Below are positions 37,608 through 50,854 of a stretch of 64,000 nt of DNA, in pieces; position 1 is the stretch's first letter; every line of letters starts with the position of its first letter. Under the pieces are notes generated by a model. That model was not told where the DNA came from and searched no databases. It was given only the letters and a program-made list of their open reading frames with translations. The stretch comes from Tricharina praecox (taxonomy: Eukaryota): positions 186,001 through 250,000 of the forward strand of contig NW_026250405.1 in assembly GCF_024521635.1 (NCBI RefSeq), written 5' to 3'. Position numbers and translations under genes: made by a program.

Positions 37608-39892
37608 ATGTCTTCACCGTCTTCGTCCACATTTAACTCTACTCTTTTGAGTCCTTCCATCGAGTCCCTTCTGTCGAGCACTCCTGCAGACGATGCTGTC
37701 AACATCACTTCAAGTTCTCCGATGACTTTATCCGCCGGGACTTCGGACTCTGCAGACGATGCTGTCAATATCACTTCGACTTCTTCGACGATTTCATCTG
37801 CCGGGGCTTTGACGTCTCCGATGAATTCATCCGCCAAGACTTCAGGCTCTACAGTTGATGCGACTGCTGTACTGCATCCGTGTGTCTCTGCTTCTCTTTC
37901 GCAAATGACTTCGCCGACAGCCGTTCTTCAGGTAAATTCAACTCGCGATTTGCTATTTGCTTCTTTTACTAACTTCCCATTGTTTATAGACTGCTGGTTC
38001 TCCGGGCACTACTACTGCTTCCGATATTCAGACCGGCGGTGCTTCGAGTTCGCAGATGAAACCTGCTGCTACCGACTCTCAGGCAAGTTCACCACCCGCT
38101 CTTTTTTTTTTGTTACCTTACTAATTCTTTGCAGACGATTCCCCAGGCTGCCGATCCTCAGTTGGCTTCAATCCCCGATGGTTTTCAGAATATTCCTCCG
38201 ACCTCTGCCTCCGCGGCTTCGACTTCGGCGATTTCTGCCCCCGGTCTGTGCTCTGACGACCCCACCTCGGGACTCTTGTCCAGCATTCAGACGATGGGTA
38301 TCTCTCAGAAGAGTACCAAACCCGATATCGACATGCTTTTCGGAAAGATAGGACTCAGTGATACGCATGGCTCGATTTTCCACTTCGGTTGTTCAGATAC
38401 CAAGCAGCCTTCGAAGGGTATTTTCGATTTCAATGCAGTCAGAAAATCTGCTTTCGCGGAGGTGCCGTCGGGTATTTTTCAGCAGGTGTCTGCGAAATTC
38501 CAGGCTCCACAGGCTCTCGATTCGGACGTCAACACGCAAGTGGTGATTTACGACGCATCCAAGCACCATTCCAACAGCCAGCTGAAGGGCCAGAAACGCA
38601 TCAATTTTGTGCAAGAGCGCGGCAGTCACCGTCGCAACGTTCAGCTTCCTGGTCGGCCCTCGCACCCCTCCAATTCTGTGGCCGGTATTCAAGCAGATGG
38701 TGTTGAAGCTCTTGTCGAGAGATCTCCCTTTGTTGCCATCGTCGACAAGGTTCGCAAGCTCAACACCTTTTGGCAATCCATCTATGTCGGTGGAAGATCA
38801 TGGACTATCGCACCCGAGTACCTCCATGACGCTCATCAGGATATTCTCACCGAAATTATAATGGCGCCAAATGAGCTTCGTCAATACAAGTTCACCCTGG
38901 TGTCTCCCTCGGAGGAGAAGCTCAGGGGAATGCAGAGGTGTAATGTCTGCCTTCGGACCTCGAACATATCCCAATGTCGGACTCATCCCGGGCAGGTTAT
39001 CAAGTTGTGGGATCCACGCGCCAGAAAGATGATTCGCGTTTACAGCTGCTGTCATGCCAAGAAGGGCAAATTGTTGGCTGGATGCACGATTCATTATAAT
39101 CACGATCTGGAGAGTCTCGAGGACCTGAAAACCGACTTCACCTACCAGCCGACTCTTGCCGTCCATCCGAAAGGGTTGGAGACAAAGCGAGCAGTGGTGA
39201 TCAAATGTTGTACCGGAATTGCTGGGTTCGGCCGCCCCGAGTTGATCAAGTTTATCGTGATCGACTTCCACACCGCGGAAGTGCTGATCAATATGCTCGT
39301 GTCTCCTACCGCGCCAATCCTACGCTGGAGGACCGGAAAAACTGGCGTCACCAAGAGCAAGATGGTTCAGGCGGACAGCTACGGCGAGAACCTCGAGGGA
39401 TGGGAGGAGGCTCGCGACCTCCTCTGCAGCTACATCGACCAGACCACGGTCCTGATTGGCGAGGATATGAAGGCCAACCTAGATGCTCTTCGACTGACGC
39501 ACCGTCGAGTCATCGACGTTGGCATCCTCATCCCGAAGGTGGAACACCAGAAGCATAACCTCCGGGCCCTTGCCGCCTCGCTCCTTCATGTACACGTCAA
39601 TGAGAAGTGGAAGGACATGGTCGACGACGCCCTAGCAGCTAGGGAGCTCGTCTTCTGGGTCCTGAAATCTCCAGACGCGTATATGAAGAGACTGAGGCGG
39701 CACTGCATCCAGACTCTCTCCAAGGAGAAGAGGATGATGCAGAGGGCCCGGGAGGCTGCGGTGAAGAACGAGGCCATCCAAGCGCGCACCAAGGCCGTGC
39801 AGTCCGCTCGTAGAAACGAGCGTGACGGGGGCGAGGAGATGTGTGAGGGGGAGGCGCAGAGGGCCGCCAAGCGTGTCCGGCGCAACAACTAG
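37608..39892 (+). CDS. Rex3-like DEDDh exonuclease-family protein with degenerate active site, 3 exons
   Basis: Ser/Thr-rich N-terminus; introns 37932-37989 and 38083-38134 (GC-AG); C..HPG...YSCC...GC...H motif, then exonuclease fold AVVIKCC..GRPELI..VIDFHTAEVLINMLVSP..WRT..TGVT..GWEEAR..IDQTTVLIG..LRLTHRRVID..LRALA..DDALAARELV. Confidence 0.85.
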
Positions 39893-42383
39893 AGGGTGGG
39901 GTAGTTGTTGGCTGGTGGGGAGAGGGGGTGGATTTTTTTTTGTGCGCACCATATGCGTGATTTTCCTAAATTTACTTTTTTTCCGTTTCATCTTTTACTT
40001 GCCATGTAACGCATAAGTGTACTCATAGACTGTGACGGCTCCCTCGCTGTGAATCTGCCGAGCCGTCCCTCAGTGGGAACGCCGGCTGGTGGACCGTAGA
40101 ATATTCCATAATCCGATGGTATGTATTATTTAAGTAGCTGTTAGATGTTCATCGTCAGAAGGGTCCCAGACGCCGAGGGGAGCCGAGGGAGAGAGTGCCG
40201 GTTGCGGGTAACAAAGAGGGGGAAAGACATCAAACTCAGGGTCACGGTTATCAAGGACGAGGTCAAGGCCGATGTAACGCGCAACTTCCAGCACCTACAG
40301 ATCCACTGCTCAGATCACTACATAACCCCTCCCCTCACCCTCCATCTACTTCTCAAAGCTCAAGCACACCACTACGTCCTCAGCGTCACATGGAGTCGCT
40401 CCCGCTAGACATGTCCGCAACTAAGGTGGCCGTGATTCTCGTCGGAATTCTCTTGCTGTACTTCCTCATATGCATCTGTTCGGAGATCGCCATCAAGGCC
40501 GGCTTCAGCGTCGATGGTGATGTCGACGTGGTACGTTGCGTCCTGGCTGTGCATGTGCCTTTGTTTGTCATTTTTGCTTACGGAAGAATCATGGAACTCC
40601 AGGACAATCCTCATATTCACCAGGGCGAAAGGACGCATTCACGACGGAGAAATACGGGATGTCCAGCTGTAAGGGAGAGAGGACTTCGATTTATTTGGAT
40701 TTCTCGCTTTAGAGAGAGAGAGAGAGAGATCTTCAGATCTTCCTGTTTTATTTAAAACTTGGAGCCGGCGAGGGAGAGAGGATGTCGATTGCGGGGCTAT
40801 GACCGAATTGACTGATGTCCTGACAGAGACCGTTCATCTAGGTATGTAAGTACATAGCTTATCGTTAGTGTCGTTGAGCTGGGTAGCCTATACGTACGCA
40901 AGGAGCGCTTGATAGGTAGGGGAAATACACATCATACAACAGGAACAGGGTTCGAAATGGGTGCTTCAGACTCCGGTGTCGGCGTGGCTCAAACATTCGC
41001 CGAATCTCCGTCGGACCCGGGAGGAGTCGTGACTCGTCACTCGTGGCTATCGCGGTCAGCAAACGACCAACTTCGAGATCAGTCGAACTCACGGTTCACT
41101 ATCAAGATGAAGGGTAAGCGGCAGGCTGGAGAGTCTTCTACCAGATACGAAGAGGCCACCAATGACTTTCTATCTATTGGCACCTGCTCCTACCTAACTA
41201 TCCTAAGACTGCTCACATCCCATCTACCGACCCTCATCCTGGCTGATGGACGACCACTGTAGTAGTACTCCATCTCGACGTTCCTCCAAACAGTTTTGCG
41301 TGGCGCCCTCGAAGTCCCGGCGGTGGCATGCGCTGTTACCCTCCTCGTGCTCCGGACGACCGCCATCCTCAGCTCCTGCGTGACGCTGTGTTTTGTGAGT
41401 TTTTGCGGGTCTTTCATCACGGTACTCGGCACTGCAGAGTGGACTGCGAAAGTTGCGTATACGGTACTGTGGGATGGAGAATCCGAGTTTTTGTCGGTGA
41501 ATGATGGTCGGCGAGAAGGCGGATCACGAAAGGCCATGGTGCCAAAATCTGGCATTTCTTTTTGACTGAATGTTTGAGCTGCTGCCTCAGCGTGGGCACT
41601 CATTTGATAGCATGCTTATGACCCAAGCCCTCGCCCTCATGCTGAAAAACGTTATCATACTTATTACATAGCGTAGAGTGTCGTGCAATATTGGACGTTC
41701 AAGTCGAGTGGAGCAGTGCCTCGTTTTAACAAGACAAAATACTACCAGTGCTCAGAGCTTTTCTTTTGTCCTTAATTTTATATCATTTATGATCCCACCT
41801 ACGCTGGGGGATAGTGAGAATCACAGTGTCCCCTCAGGCGAACCATCGAGGCAGCTTTGTAGTGAACAGGGAACAGAATCTGTATGTACTTCAAATTGTC
41901 AGGCGGCGCGCGGCCAGGTGCAGAATTATGAAACAAAACCTTAGGATCGCCAATCCTATGATAACCCCAGGACTAGGTATGTAGTACGACCGTTGGAATA
42001 TCTACTAATAACTCTATTCTTCCTTCCGAAACGACGAAAGTTCCTCGGAAAGATGTTTCAACCCAAGCCAAAGCCAAACGCGACGGCCGTGCCAGATACG
42101 GACTCCGACGGATGGCCACAGGACTGGCCGAGAGCTCCGAAGGCCTCGCTCATTGTTTCGAAGGGGACATTCTACCCAGGGCTCAACAGTTTGATTTTTT
42201 CGATCGTGTACCTACTATCATAGGTACATATCACCACTTTCCACAGTGCGCAAGTTCCGGTCTCGACTCTCGTCCGTACATCCCGGTAGTTAACCAGGTA
42301 GGCCCTATGATATGTACTTGGCTGACCACTGCAGTAGATAGGTAATTCTTCAGGGATCCGAACTCTACTTTGGACCACAACTA

Positions 42384-42557
42384 TCTACTAGTAATAAAGC
42401 ACCTGGTCAGCGCCTCTGCCTGCATACAATCGCGGCAGATGGACGGCGGATGATCAACTACCTGCGTCAAGCTGGCGAATCCGGAGACTTTCTAAATTCT
42501 ATATAGATGTTCGTTTATGGTAGGTGTGTGCGGAGCGCTAGTTGGTTAACCATCTAG
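42384..42557 (+). mobile_element. Candidate degenerate non-autonomous mini-Helitron
   Basis: A|TCTACTAGTAATAAAG 5' end; GCG-GAG-CGC remnant hairpin; CTAG|T at 42538-42542 and a second CTAG at 42554-42557; starts where a coding-like frame (GSELYFGPQL) stops. Confidence 0.3.
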
Positions 42558-45500
42558 AGTATGTATCTACCGGGACTTGCCGGCGCGCCGACCGGTTCGG
42601 GACTTGTCTCCTCTTTCAGCCGCCCCCGAGAATCCCGACTTGGCGTTTGGGTTGGTTTTGCTGGAGATCCGTGGTCAAGGCAGGTTGCGCCATCAACCGA
42701 TAGCTCCGTGAGAGGGTTTCTTCAGGAAGGCTGTTGATATGCACACTCTCGGGTCCATGCATACACGCGGGAACAATTATTATATCGGTGAAACCATATC
42801 GATCGCAGAGTCACGGTACCGGTACTCTATCTAATGACCACCTAATCTGATCTCTTTCGATCTTGGCTCCTGTTAATCCATTATCTTCTGCCCAGAAACA
42901 TCGCGAGGAGGATTGATCGAAATCGTCAGCCCCCACGTCTCCCCGTTGCCATTCCCGTTCTCCTCCTCGTCCTCTTTCGAAAGGCCTCGCGAGCACCCTG
43001 AAATCTACCCTACTGCCAACTTTTACATCGGCCCGTCGACCGATATTGGGAATAACTCGACGGCGGGATACCTAAATACTTCAACGCATTGCCTTAGCTT
43101 CCGGCGGCAGCGGGAGTCCGCGGATGTCGCGTCCATCTCCCGGGTGTGCCCTGTTTCAACCTCACACCTACCCCGCTGAACCAGGATGCTCGAATGCCTA
43201 GCTCTGGCGGAGCCACGGAGGTCCGGTCTCGAGATGGATCCGAAATGTCTTCCGGGGATAGTGAACTAACCCCGTCACCGGTGCCTTGCGGCTCCCTCCT
43301 CTATCTCGGAGTCGTGCTTTCCCGCCGGGGCTCCAACTTCCAAGTACCTACATACACAAGGATCTTGCCTACGTACTACTGCCTTGTGGCTGTACATACC
43401 TATTGGGAATACACATCGTCGATTCACATCCTTTTCGCCGAGCGCCGAGATGTGGGGTTATGACGTGGCATGTTGTGTTGTGGCAGGAATGGCTGCCGTT
43501 GACGCCGTACTGAGGGAACTTTTAAGGTTCCGATGTATATCACAGGCTCTGTCCATGAAACTGCTTCCCTCTAGAGGACTGACGTATGTAGAGTCCAGCC
43601 ACTTTTGAAGTCATATAGATTTCTAGAGTGGTAACTAATCCGCCACTCTGTCGATCTCAAGCACTATTTCCAGTCTTGGACCAATGTTGAATTCGCAATC
43701 ACAGTCGATTTCGGGAATGCATCCATGGGCTGTTTTTCGATATCCGACAAGCGCGTTACTAGGTATCTGCAACTTTTCAGTTGGGAGTCTTGAACGTACT
43801 CTTCTGTTCTTGCTCATTCGTTCACTGGCAGATTGGAGGATGTCGTTTTTGAAAATGCTTGGACCTCGACAGGGCTGGAATGGTTCTAAGTAAAATCGGC
43901 GATTCTCCGGAACATCCGCTAGGACTAGGTAGTTAGTTGACCAGGTAGCTATATGCCTGGTAGTTAGCATGGTCTGGAACCAGAATCCAGAAAACCACGA
44001 CTACGCCTTGTGCGTGTTCCTCGGTCGCGATTCGGCCCTCTTTCTCAAAGAGCAATGGGCAGGAACACTTGAGCGTGGCGCCAGTAGTATCTCAGATCGC
44101 TCCGGAAGTAAAAAGCTCCCTATGTACTTTTAGAATAGATTATCAATAATAGATCAACATCGAAGAGACAGTGTACCTACCTATCTCTGGAGGCACGACA
44201 CGGCAAGCAGCTGTGCGTCCAAGCAGTCGTTCAAATATAGAAACCATTCGCCGCACTGGTTGCGTGTGTGCGTGCCTGGGTGCGTGGGTGCGTCCGCTGA
44301 CGATGCTCCAGAAAAATCCATTCTGGATGCCGGGACCGTGTTCCGGTGGCACGAGAAATTGGGCGGCACAGTGAGTGGAGAAGCATGTAGTACATCTGTT
44401 TGTTTCTGGGAGAATGCGAATTAGATGGCGCACGGCGGGATCGACAAAACTAATAGCTTCCTAGACCTTTGCTCGGCCGCGGAAGTCATTGAAAGCGGCG
44501 GTCAGTGGTTTATTGTAACGTCGGAGTAACATCCCTGCCGAGTCCGGAGGTACATACCATTGGCAATAGGTATCGGCGGTGTCGCCTGGCCGTGGCGATT
44601 CACACGAGGCTATCGTGATGGGAAAGAAAAGAGTAATGGAGGAAGGTAGACGCAAAATTTTCGACGAGCAGGACCGCGTTCTTCGGGATGGAAGGGGCAG
44701 AGACATGGCGTATCGGATGGCTCTGGGAACAAGTCCACCCTAAGAAGAGCGACTCCCGATGCTTCGAGGGATGAGGTGTTGAAAATGATGAGCGAGTCTC
44801 GCGTTGTTTGTCGAGACTCGAGAGGTCGGAAGGAATGAGTTGTTGCGGTTGTTGTAAGGCTGGTCCGAACTAAGCTTGTACAGCTCGGATACCCAAATAG
44901 GAATACAGTGTTGAGAATCCGCTCGGAAAATCCGCTCTACGTTAGCAACACCTCACATCTCATTCTCACATCACCCACCGCCCTTCTGTCCTAAACGCCA
45001 TGGAGCCACCCACCATCCGACCTTGAGAGGAGGAGTCCCGGGAATTACGCCTCGTTCGTCATTACAGTTGCGAGATTACACAAGAAATTCAAGCTAACAA
45101 GTATAGATACCACTCCTCGGGGAATCGGCGTCATCGACTTGGAGGCGACCGGCGACTGTGGCCATGAGGTGTGACACGCAGGTTAGCTCCAGATGAGCTC
45201 GATAATGCGGCTTAGGATGTCCTGAAGAATTTTCGCTTAAAGGATTTGAGTCGGATATCGGTTTTCCAGGGGCCATCCTATGCACCTCCTATGCACCTTC
45301 TGGTTATACATATACTTGCAACGGGCCTCGTGTGGTTCAATACCGACTACATACGAACATGGCTCGCTTAACCCGGCCAATACACAGGAAGGCAGCTTCG
45401 GACGGAGTCGCTGCGGGAACGCGGGCTGAGGGCGGCATATCGCTTCTCTTCCCTCCACCGACCCTTCAGCATGACGAACCCGTGGATCATTTCCAGCCCA

Positions 45501-47999
45501 CCCGATGAAAGCTCTTGTACCCTTCATCGGATCTTTCACATATGTAGGGGGGGCGCAGCGGGGCGGTTCTCTCGGGGCCGCATTGAGTGCAGAAAATCGG
45601 ACTGAGGTTCCAGCTGCCGGTTCATATCCGGGCTCCACCTCAGTAGCTCTCACGGCAAGCGCATACCGGTATTGTGATGGCATGACTATGCATACATGCG
45701 AATTCGAGTGCGGGCAACAATCAGTAATGCAGATGCTGACTTGATGCAGGGAGTTCAAGTGTGTCTCACATCCAGCCGTTATGATACTTTTCCTGACCAG
45801 CGGCAGGATGAGATTTCGAGCGCGAAAACGTCAGTTGAATGGATACCTACACGGAATATCGATCATCGCGTCGATGCTTCCTCGCCGGTCGACGTTGGGT
45901 TGGACTTTCTTCGTGGCTTGACTAGGCAGGTACCAGCGGATGGCATGATCGAAGAGAATACTGGTACCTACCTGCTGCGATGAATGAACTATCTCCATCC
46001 GGAATTTGCTTCCAGGATCCTGCACGACGTCGACTGAAAGTGGCGAATTCCAGCACAGCGCGTCGCTCGGTAGTCGACCGAGAGGTCAGTGAGGAACCAC
46101 AGAGGTCTGGACGTTTATATAATGTACTCCCTGCAAGCCATCTACACGCCGGGCGGATTGGGCGCAAGGAGAGAAAAGCCATCCAATGGCAAGTCGGCAA
46201 CAGCACTGGCGGGACGCAGCTGGCTTCTCAAACATCACAGCCCCCAAGCCACGTGAGATATCGGCCTGAGACAAGCGGCGCGTCGGATTACTAGTGCTGA
46301 GCATTGCAGCATCCGAAACCTGGTTCGCACTGCCGAGCCCCTGCATGCCCAGAGAAAGTGGGTCCGATCCTCGCGGGGAAGTGTTTGTTCACATGTTTAT
46401 TGGTCTGTCCATCCACCACGTCTCGACTCTCGACTCTCGACAAGCTTCCCCGCCCCGTAGCTAACTACAGCACATATGCTGCTCTACTAGGAGTCTAGGG
46501 TACGTATGGCACCTAAAGTATTCCAGATAAGCCCGTCAATCGATTCCCCAGCAAGGCTACTTTTTCCCCACAGCTGAGCATCCCGATTCACTATATACCG
46601 GTATTCTACCTATAGTAGATATCTGGGGTACAAAAAATACCGTACGTCGATCAGGTTAATTTGCCAAGGACGTCGCTTGCTCCACATATATAGGAATTCA
46701 TGTTTCTCGGCTGATGAACAAGCTAAAGTCATGCGTTCCTAGGTACACATACCTACATACCGCGAACCACGACTGGACGCATGGGCAAGAGGCGCAGCGT
46801 CATCCGTAAATGCGCTAGCCTCGTGGAATCTACGAGAGTTCTACTATCTGCCTATTGTAGAGGCATACATGCTGAAGGAACAAGTCACCTGCAACCCGGA
46901 TCCTCACCGGGGTTCAAGGACTGGAAACAATACGTGCCAGACCGTTATAATGCACCTCCTCACGAACTAACTTCATCTTCGTGCCCTGGTTCCTGCCGGT
47001 ATCAGTCTTCTGTTACGCCGAGCAAATCGGTTTGCTGGACCAACCCAATAGACGCACCAACCGGAGATGCATCACCTGAAGAAAACACTGATCATCATGT
47101 CCGGCGTCAGCGGCAACAGGTGTTCTGATGCCATTTACGGAAGGTCTGGTGGCAGGGAATCCGGAGTTTATGCACCTACCTCGTCGTCTCCATGATCACC
47201 GTACACATTTACTGCGTAGCTAGATCATGGGAGACGCAATTTCACACATCAGCTGAAATGTGGAAGGTGCCCTTTATGGCACATACCATCGGCCACGGAG
47301 AAATCGCCGTTCCGACGAGCGTCAGGATCGCCTTCAAAAGCAAAGAGAGGAGGCTATCACCGAGACAGTTTCAGGACGGACAAACTACGGAAGTGAACCG
47401 AAGGAGCAAAGTGGATGCGCAACAGTGGAAAGATGATTTCGCATCCTACGCTGTCCGTCGACCACCGACACTGTCCAACAAACATCAACCGCATTCTAGA
47501 GGCAGTGGCAGGCACTACGTGGAAACTCCCTGCGAGCCAGACCACATCTATCGTCGACACTAAAGACGAAGCCAAGCCGCCCCCACCCTACAACGCCTCT
47601 TTGCGACGTTCGGCTGTCGCCCGCATGTCGGTGGACGGCAGTAGGATCATGGAATCTAGCATCGGCCCTGGCATCGATCATGCCGTGGTTGGGCATACTG
47701 CTGCACAGATGGACGAGCATGAAGCACATCCTGAATGATAGGGGATTCAAGGATGGGCCTCGCCTGTCGCCACCGCAATCCTGGAGAACTACTTACACAA
47801 TTAGAAGCTCAGGTCGCTGCACTTAAGTACCTGTGTAAATCCATGCTCTCGCGTCCTCGACATGACACGACGCACCGGATACGCCTCGGCTTTGCTGATC
47901 ATTCCACCGGTATATAGGTATGTATGGGCCCTCCATCCTACACTGAAAGACACGAAGAATAATGGATCTCTCCTAGGCGCAGCGCTCCCTGACGGTACA

Positions 48000-49330
48000 A
48001 TGACACCAGAACAAACCCTCGCATTCCTGATCACGGTTCAGGTCCTTGATGTAATCATCTGTGCCACACGATTCATCCTTCTACGACATCACCCACGGAA
48101 GACTCGCGACTTACTGGCGGACTTCTTCTTCGCATCCGCATTCGTCATCAACTTTTCCTTACTATGCTGCTTGATGCTGCAATCTCGCGACGAACTTCGT
48201 GCTATCACCAAGTTCAACGGCGATATGACGAAGGTTGCAACGTTCATGTACCGGCCTTATTGGACGAAAATCACATATATCGTTGGATTCTTCAATATTA
48301 TCGAGCTGTGGTGTTTGAAGGCGGCGTTCTTAAGCTTTTACTGGGGACTGTTCAATCGGACTCAGACGAGGCTGCGATACTTGCTTCACCTTTGCATTGC
48401 GCTGGTCGCAGCAAGTGGGATTGCGCTCCTTATCTTGCAGTTGACTTGGTGTCTCCCGGTGGAGAATAATTGGTATGTACTTATTTGCTCACCACTCGAA
48501 GATCAAATATGCTGATGCGGCCAATGCAGGGCACGAGATTACCAGACATATGTCCAGTGCGCATACCTGAGTAGTCGGTTCACTCTCATATTCCAATCAG
48601 CACTCAATATCGGCACGGATGTCATGAGTACATTCCCATACCTCCCCAGCGGAAGGAAATCCGTCCCGTCACTCGACAGTACTAAGCCTCCGCGTCCTTA
48701 GTCTTTTGCCTACCACTCCTCGTCATTTCCCGCCTCATGCTGGAGCCCAACGTACGATTTGCCTTGATCGTAGCCTTCCTCCTCGGCGGAGTTTCGATCG
48801 CCGCGTCCGGTGTTCGCCACGCAATAATCAACCACATCCTTCGCGACCGATCCTCCGCTCTCGAGAACTACTCCCGCCGAAAGACCGTCGAGATGTGGGG
48901 CGTCATCGAACTCTCCTCGGCACTACTGGCGTTCTGCCTCCCACTTTTCAGACGACACCTGGTAAGCGTGTTTGGGCCTGGTGGTGTGCTGAGTCGTCGC
49001 GGGGGGAACAGCGGGAGTTCGAAGCAAAAAGTCCAAGTACTTGCCGCCGCAACGGTCGGTGGAAGTGCTATGAGTGAGGGACGGAAAGGTTCTAAGGGTA
49101 GGGCTGGAATTGAGATCGAGGATGTCGAGTTGGGGAGATATCTTGGGATTACAGAAGGTAGGGCGCCGAAATTTGGTGCCGAAGATTGGCGTTCACCGAC
49201 AATGAAAACAGCGTGCTCGTCGTCGTTAGGGATAAGGTCAGGTGCATCGAGTCAGGAGCGGCTGAACAAGGAAATTACGCATCTAGAGCAGGAGACGCAT
49301 CGTCATCGAGCGAATTCTACTATGGTCTAA
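48000..49330 (+). CDS. Pth11-like integral membrane protein (fungal rhodopsin-like domain, no CFEM), 3 exons
   Basis: Seven hydrophobic segments with ELWCLKAAFLSFY, WCLPVENNW, ALNIGTDVMIFCLPL, FLLGGVSIAASGVR and WGVIELSSALLAFCLP. Confidence 0.9.
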
Positions 49331-49924
49331 CCTACTGAACATAATAATTGTAATGACTCTCTCTTCATCAGTACTTACTCGGTTAATGTCCATTCTGTCG
49401 GGGAGTGTCGAGCGAGCCATCCGTCCCCGAAAACCCAGTCGGACCTTGTGATTCCAGAGCCGCGAACTCAGCCTCTACTCTAGAGCAACTAGCTCCCGGG
49501 CTTTGATGTAACCAGGCTGGGCACCTCACGGGATGCAAGCAAAGCCACAATAAACACCCCGTCTGGATCGGATGGCCTGGATACTAGATGGACTTACCTA
49601 CCTCTGATATCGGCGGCTGTCTTGGCCGGAACGACGTCCGGCGATGACCTCACACGGGCTCCCGCATCAGCCACAACGCGATGATGTCAGTAGTTCGTTG
49701 TTGGCTACAATATTAGCGCTGTGGCTCATTAGCCATTGGAGTTGTCTCACATGGCGGTTTCCCGTATGAACATTCTCAATCGTTGAACTCCATGAGCTGC
49801 CGTGCTTGAGTGAAGTGAAAGAATAATTGCCCTGAGTGAAGTGGAAGAAGAGTAGCAGTTTTATCCCCATACGCCTTAATATAGTACATGATCCAATGAT
49901 ACAATAGCACCCATAGTTAGGCGT

Positions 49925-50854
49925 CTACAATTTTCCTCCCGAGAACTTCCACACCGCCATGTACGCCCAATCGGCAATACTCCTTCCCTTCTCCTCCGGC
50001 GTTGCATTATCCCACTGATCCACGGGGCGTCCAAACACCACTGGGAAGACACTCGCCACCACTTTCTGTTCGTCCTTCGCCAGGTGCGGCCAGATGTCGA
50101 CAATCTTGCCGGCATTGGCGTTCATCGCAATCTCCGGTTTCGGCAGGATCGTCTTAATAGCCAGCGGCAGGTCGTTGGCGAATTTGACGAGACTCTGCTC
50201 GCTCGAGAATCCCATCGTTTCCCAATCAATCTTGTTCTCCAGCAGGAGCTTGGTTATAGGGTGCACGTCCTTCTTCTCCAACGCGGCCAACCGCGCCGTA
50301 AGCTTGTTCAGCAGCTGCCCGTGTAGATCCGCCTGCACAACCGTGCTCTTCTTCGCCAACGCGGCCTCGATAGCTGCTATCCTCGACGGCAGCGGGTTGA
50401 CGGACTCGGTGAGCTTCGACAGACTCTTCTCGGTGGCACTGGTGGACTTCGATTTCTCGAGCGCCTTCGCAATCTCCTTCTTGATCGAGTTCACCTCCGT
50501 TTTCGTCGTGTTCAGTGAGCTGGTGTGATGCTTGTGCAGCGCCTCGTGTTCGTGTGAAAGCCTCTTCAGCTGTACCGAGAGCGTTTCGACCGTGTCCTCC
50601 GGCTTCACAGGTACCGCCTCAGCTCCTTCCGCCGCTGCTATCGCTGCTGTCGCTGCTGCTGCCGGGTCTCCATTGCTGGCGGAAGCCCTCGCGGCGGCAC
50701 GGGCGGCAGCACGGGCTGCTTTATTGGATAAGGTTGGCGCTACAGCGGTAGCTGCGGGTTTCGATGCGCCGGAGAAGGGGGCCTGATTAAGTTGTTAATT
50801 GAGGCGGCAGTACGGACGAAGAGATGAGGGGCGTACTCTGATCCATCGAAACAT
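49925..50854 (-). CDS. Hypothetical Ala-rich/coiled-coil protein, 2 exons
   Basis: MFRWIR|GTACGC...CAG|APFSGASKP... continuing in frame into ORF 49925-50608. Confidence 0.7.

Noticed and set aside
42600..47900. Short ORFs in a second gene-poor stretch
   Set aside because: No family resemblance or consistent splice structure seen.
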